Shown piece after piece: positions 5,943 to 9,451 of a stretch of DNA of 9,451 nucleotides (its first letter is position 1; the number at the start of each line of letters is the position of its first letter). This DNA is from Patescibacteria group bacterium (lineage in GTDB: Bacteria; Patescibacteriota; Patescibacteriia; UBA2591; UBA6264): NCBI GenBank assembly GCA_028713575.1, contig JAQTOB010000014.1, forward strand, positions 1-9,451. Reading direction: 5' to 3'. The position numbers were made by a program, and so were the translations under genes. A model generated the notes under the pieces. The model worked only from the letters and a program-made list of their open reading frames with translations. It searched no databases and was not told where the DNA came from.

Positions 5943-5957
5943 CTCGCTTTAAGCGAG
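5943..5957. other. Small hairpin (ctcgc-tttaa-gcgag) 4 nt upstream of the truncated tRNA-Ser copy
   Basis: A 5-bp stem seen directly. Function unknown; it could be a leader structure or a transcript 5' end. Confidence 0.4.
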
Positions 5958-5960
5958 TAA

Positions 5961-5988
5961 ATTCTAAACTCTAAGCTCCAAATTCCAA
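5961..5988 (-). promoter_or_regulatory. Weak promoter candidate (TTGGAA-16 nt-TAGAAT) upstream of the tRNA-Ser fragment
   Basis: On the minus strand the -35 is at 5988-5983 and the -10 at 5966-5961. Both hexamers fall inside repeated AAATTCYAAA motifs. The alternative TTGCCT-16-TATAAT at 6090-6063 is also possible. Specificity is low in AT-rich DNA. Confidence 0.25.
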
Positions 5989-6095
5989 ATAATATCTAAA
6001 TCCAAAATTCTAAATAAAAAACTAAAATATAAAAACCAGAATTAGAATAAAATTATAAAAATATTATAGCAAAATAATAAACAAAGGCAAGAAAA

Positions 6096-6118
6096 AGGGC
6101 CCCATAATACGGGGCCTT
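6096..6118 (-). terminator. Rho-independent terminator (bidirectional) after ORF 6126..6386
   Basis: The ggcccc-ataatac-ggggcc stem is at 6098-6103/6111-6116. T-runs follow on both strands (minus: CTTTTTC; plus: cTaTTTTTT). It starts 8 nt past the stop codon. Confidence 0.7.
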
Positions 6119-6125
6119 CTATTTT

Positions 6126-6386
6126 TTAATTCAGGATAAATACATATCCATATATACGGATATATATATGTCCCTCAGGGGCAAGAATCGCTGTTCCTGC
6201 AAAAGGAACAGGCCTTTCCTTCCCCTCGCTGTTTCCGACGCGAACGTCAGAACAGCAAATATTCTTTACTACTATACCATCTTCTCGACGGTGTAGTAAA
6301 ATTTCTTCATTCTTTGCCAGCCATTGATTGGCCGGCATTCCTTTAATCTTCTTCCTCTTTGGTTGAAGATCAAAAATTCTCCCCAT
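6126..6386 (-). CDS. Hypothetical protein, 86 aa, no family recognised
   Basis: ATG at 6386 is preceded by AATAAGGAGGTTAA (consensus SD). It has its own promoter candidate and a strong terminator. GC is locally higher than the surroundings. I recognise no motif. Confidence 0.6.
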   Translation of the reverse strand: MGRIFDLQPKRKKIKGMPANQWLAKNEEILLHRREDGIVVKNICCSDVRVGNSEGKERPVPFAGTAILAPEGHIYIRIYGYVFILN

Positions 6387-6414
6387 TTAACCTCCTTATT
6401 ATTAGATTAGATAT

Positions 6415-6442
6415 ATTATGGCAAAAATATAAAATTTGTCAA
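6415..6442 (-). promoter_or_regulatory. Sigma70-type promoter candidate (TTGACA-16 nt-CATAAT) for ORF 6126..6386
   Basis: On the minus strand the perfect -35 TTGACA is at 6442-6437, the spacer is 16 nt, and the -10 CATAAT is at 6420-6415. This is about 30 nt upstream of the start codon. Confidence 0.5.
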
Positions 6443-6455
6443 GATAAAATGTCTT

Positions 6456-8846
6456 TTATTTTTTTGACTTTTTTTCGGTTTTGAGAATATCTAATGTTGT
6501 TTCTATAATCGTGTCCGGGTTAAGAGAAATTGAATCTATTCCCTCTTTGACCAGAAAACGGGCAAATTCGGGAAAATCGCTGGGCGCTTGTCCGCAAATT
6601 CCGACTTTTCTTTTGTATTGATGCGCGATTTTAATAATTTGCCTAATCATTCTTTTAACGCTTTCATTTCTTTCGTCAAAAACATGGGCCACCAAACTAG
6701 AATCTCTATCCAAGCCCAAGGTTAGTTGAGTTAAGTCATTGCTGCCAATGGAAAAACCATCAAATATCTTGGCAAATTCATCGCCCAAAATAACATTGGA
6801 GGGAATTTCACACATTACATATACTTTTAAAGGATTAATTCCTTTTTTTGGTTTTCTTAATCCATGCTGGTCAATAATTTTCAAAATCTTTTTGCCTTCT
6901 TCTACGGTCCGACAAAAGGGCACCATTACAATCACGTTATCCAGTCCCATCTCTTCCCTAACTTTTTTAATCGCTTGGCATTCTAAAGAAAAAGCTTGGG
7001 CAAAATTTGGGCTGTAATAACGGCTGGCGCCGCGCCATCCAATCATAGGATTTTGTTCAATGGGTTCAAAAATTCGGCCACCAATCAAATTAGCGTATTC
7101 ATTTGTTTTAAAGTCGGAAAAACGGACAATCACGTCTTTGGGATAAAAAGCCGCGCCAATCCGACCAATTCCCTCGGCTAATTTGTCAATATAAAATTGG
7201 ACCTTATTGCTATAACCGGCAGTAATTTTATTTATTTGATTTTTAACTTTTTTATCTTTTAATTGAGAATAATTAATTAAAGCTAAAGGATGAATTTTAA
7301 TGTAATTGTTAATAATAAATTCTTCCCGCGCCAAACCCACACCGTCATTGGGAATAAAAGAAAAACCAAAAACTTGTTCCGGTTCGCCAACATTCATCAT
7401 AATTTTTGTTTTAGGTCTTTTTAAATTTTTGATTTTCGTTCTTTTTACCATAAAGGGCAAAAGTCCTTGATAGACATTTCCTGTTTCTCCTTCGGCGCAG
7501 GAAACTGTAATTTTCTGATTTTGTTTTATATTTTTAGTGGCATTGCCTGTTCCAACAATACAAGGAATACCAAGTTCCCTGCTTACAATCGCCGCATGAC
7601 ATGTTCTTCCGCCAGCATCGGTAATAATAGCAGAAGACATTTTCATAATCGGCACCCAATCGGGGTCTGTCATTTCTGTCACTAAAACTTGGCCAGGTTT
7701 AAATTTAGAAATATCTTTAACATTTTCAATAACATTCGCTTCTCCTTGGGCAATTTTAGAACCTACGGCCACACCGGAAATTAACACCTTGGGCTTGCTT
7801 TTTTTGTCGGTTAAAACATATTTTTCCAAATAATCTAAGGATTTTTGTGACTGGACCGTTTCTGGTCGGGCTTGGAGAATATAAAGTTTTTTATCTTGAC
7901 CGTCTTTCGCCCACTCCATATCCATAGAACGGCCATAATGCTTTTCAATAATTACTGAATATTTTCCTAATTCCATAATTTCTTTATCATTAAGAGTAAA
8001 TTTACTCCTTTCTTTAGGTGTTGTTCTGATATTTTTCACCGGACTTTTTTTGTTTTTTGTGTAAATCATTTTCCATTCTTTAAGTCCTAAATGCTTGCCG
8101 ATTATTGGCCGATATTTATTTATCAAAGGCTCATAAACCAAAAATTCATCCGGGCTAACCTTGCCCTGAACAATATTTTCTCCCAAACCCCAAGAGGAAG
8201 TGATGACTGTCACATCGCCAAAGCCTGATTCTGTCTGGCAAGAAAAAATAACGCCAGAACAAGCCTTATCAGAACGAATCATTTTTTGCACGCAAACGGA
8301 AAGCGCGACTTTAAGGTGGTCAAATCCTTTTTCTTGCCGATAAACAATCGCCCGATTGGTAAAAAGAGAAGCCATGCATTTTTTCACCGCTTCCAATAAC
8401 TGCTTTTCTCCCCTTATATTAAGATAAGTTTCCATTTGTCCGGCAAAACTGGCAGTCGGCATATCTTCGGCCGTAGCGGAACTGCGTACCGCCACGTCAA
8501 CTATTTTTGTTCCGTATTGACGCGATAAATTATGATAAGCGGAAATTATTTTTCTTTCAAAATCAGCAGGCAGTGGCGTTTTTAAAATCATTTCTCTGAT
8601 TTTTTTGCCTCGCTGAATTAAATCATTAATATTTTTAATATCCAATTTTTTTAAAACTTTTTCTATTTCTTTTCTTAAATTTCCTTGTTCTAAAAAATGC
8701 CAATAAGCCTCAGCCGTAGTGGCAAAGCCATTGGGAATTCTTACGCCCCTTTTGCCAAGACGACAATACATTTCCCCTAAAGAAGCGTTTTTGCCTCCAA
8801 CTTGAGGCACATCTTTAATACTAATTTCTTTGAACCATTTAATCAT
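6456..8846 (-). CDS. ppsA: Phosphoenolpyruvate synthase (pyruvate, water dikinase), 796 aa
   Basis: N-terminus: W..EISIKDVPQVGGKNASLGEM. Phosphohistidine swivel motif: TDAGGRTCHAAIVSRELGIPCIVG. C-terminal PEP-utilising TIM barrel: IGSNDLTQLTLGLDRDS. Length and domain order are typical of PpsA. Confidence 0.95.
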   Translation of the reverse strand: MIKWFKEISIKDVPQVGGKNASLGEMYCRLGKRGVRIPNGFATTAEAYWHFLEQGNLRKEIEKVLKKLDIKNINDLIQRGKKIREMILKTPLPADFERKIISAYHNLSRQYGTKIVDVAVRSSATAEDMPTASFAGQMETYLNIRGEKQLLEAVKKCMASLFTNRAIVYRQEKGFDHLKVALSVCVQKMIRSDKACSGVIFSCQTESGFGDVTVITSSWGLGENIVQGKVSPDEFLVYEPLINKYRPIIGKHLGLKEWKMIYTKNKKSPVKNIRTTPKERSKFTLNDKEIMELGKYSVIIEKHYGRSMDMEWAKDGQDKKLYILQARPETVQSQKSLDYLEKYVLTDKKSKPKVLISGVAVGSKIAQGEANVIENVKDISKFKPGQVLVTEMTDPDWVPIMKMSSAIITDAGGRTCHAAIVSRELGIPCIVGTGNATKNIKQNQKITVSCAEGETGNVYQGLLPFMVKRTKIKNLKRPKTKIMMNVGEPEQVFGFSFIPNDGVGLAREEFIINNYIKIHPLALINYSQLKDKKVKNQINKITAGYSNKVQFYIDKLAEGIGRIGAAFYPKDVIVRFSDFKTNEYANLIGGRIFEPIEQNPMIGWRGASRYYSPNFAQAFSLECQAIKKVREEMGLDNVIVMVPFCRTVEEGKKILKIIDQHGLRKPKKGINPLKVYVMCEIPSNVILGDEFAKIFDGFSIGSNDLTQLTLGLDRDSSLVAHVFDERNESVKRMIRQIIKIAHQYKRKVGICGQAPSDFPEFARFLVKEGIDSISLNPDTIIETTLDILKTEKKSKK

Positions 8847-8934
8847 AGGCAGTTTGTTGAATACAAAATATAAAAATTAAAATACAAAATAATAATTCAA
8901 ACTTTGGAATTGAAACAATCTTAACTTTTTAATT

Positions 8935-9291
8935 TTAAAATTTTACTCTATTGGCGAATCTATGCAAAAACGGAATTTTCCACTCTCGGCCAATAATTCC
9001 GTTAACTAATCCCATTAAAGACAAAACAAAACAAAGAATCCAGCTAACAAAACCGATAATCCAGCCAACAAAAGGAATAACCCAGATTAAAACAGAACAA
9101 ATTTCCACTAAGAATAAAAGCAGTCCTTGTTTGGCGTGAAAACGAACATATTCGTTTTTAATTTTAAAAATAAACGGAATTAAAGAAAAAACTCCCAAAT
9201 AAGAAATGGCGGCCAATAACCTGGATAAAATGCCATATTTCTTGATTTTTTTCGCTTTAGAATTAATTTTTTCAATAATATTTTCTATCAT
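8935..9291 (-). CDS. Small integral membrane protein, DUF4870-like, 118 aa
   Basis: Three hydrophobic segments and the FHAKQGLLLF motif, which I associate with DUF4870-type proteins. The family call is from memory and has not been searched. Confidence 0.65.
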   Translation of the reverse strand: MIENIIEKINSKAKKIKKYGILSRLLAAISYLGVFSLIPFIFKIKNEYVRFHAKQGLLLFLVEICSVLIWVIPFVGWIIGFVSWILCFVLSLMGLVNGIIGREWKIPFLHRFANRVKF

Positions 9292-9321
9292 AAATTTTAT
9301 TTATAACTTATTAATGAAACT

Positions 9322-9349
9322 ATTATACCATAAATTCAAAAATTGTCAT
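9322..9349 (-). promoter_or_regulatory. Promoter candidate (ATGACA-16 nt-TATAAT) for ORF 8935..9291
   Basis: On the minus strand the -35 is at 9349-9344 and the perfect -10 TATAAT at 9327-9322. This is about 30 nt upstream of ATG 9291. Confidence 0.4.
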
Positions 9350-9383
9350 GGGATAACCAGTGTACTTATCTTGTATAAAATCC

Positions 9384-9412
9384 TTGACAAAAGGGTAAAA
9401 ATGTGATTTAAT
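9384..9412 (+). promoter_or_regulatory. Divergent promoter candidate (TTGACA-17 nt-TTTAAT) pointing out of the window
   Basis: The perfect -35 is at 9384-9389 and an AT-rich -10-like hexamer at 9407-9412. No downstream gene is visible within the window. Confidence 0.3.
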
Positions 9413-9451
9413 ATAAACAGATAAAATAAATTTGATCTTTACAAATATAAA

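Noticed and set aside
5734-5952. A plus-strand 72-aa ORF with an internally repeated peptide (PRDELGALRVNPV x2, LPAGRQACLPAGR)
   Set aside because: It is the antisense translation of the tandem hairpin repeats and the tRNA-Ser fragment. The peptide repeats mirror the DNA repeats, it has no SD, and its GC-rich palindromic content explains the open frame.
20-5957. A classical tRNA-targeted integrative island (tyrosine integrase with attL/attR)
   Set aside because: No integrase or excisionase is present. The duplicated segments are tRNA 5' portions rather than 3' ends. Each inserted segment is only about 0.3 kb.
6739-7685. Three plus-strand ORFs (6739..7017, 6996..7181, 7467..7685)
   Set aside because: All are antisense inside ppsA, whose frame has unmistakable PEP synthase motifs. 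These are typical shadow ORFs.
8951-9406. Plus-strand ORFs 8951..9139 and 9206..9406
   Set aside because: They are antisense to, or overlap, the membrane-protein gene and its promoter region. They are low-complexity and have no SD.

Overview
This is an AT-rich bacterial chromosomal segment. A small-genome, CPR/Patescibacteria-like organism is my inference only. Every credible gene lies on the minus strand. Reading right to left, the window holds: a DUF4870-like membrane protein; PEP synthase (ppsA); an orphan 86-aa gene with its own promoter, SD and terminator; a tRNA-Ser cassette; two secreted beta-sandwich-type proteins; a membrane-anchored SAM methyltransferase; a dnaG-rpoD operon followed by an untracked 55-aa hydrophobic ORF; and a tRNA-Asn cassette. 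The notable signal is an architecture that occurs twice. A minimal 81-87 aa GIY-YIG (URI-domain) nuclease ORF sits 4-9 nt upstream of an intact tRNA gene. Upstream of that ORF is a truncated 5' copy of the same tRNA, identical at every shared position, that carries GC-rich perfect hairpins. At tRNA-Ser(GGA), 76 of 90 nt are duplicated, and tandem palindromes are inserted exactly in the D-loop and the T-loop. At tRNA-Asn(GTT), 16 nt are duplicated and two adjacent hairpins start in the D-stem. I read this as a tRNA-gene-associated GIY-YIG cassette, possibly mobile or homing and possibly structure-guided. That reading is a hypothesis. The sequence relationships themselves are directly visible.
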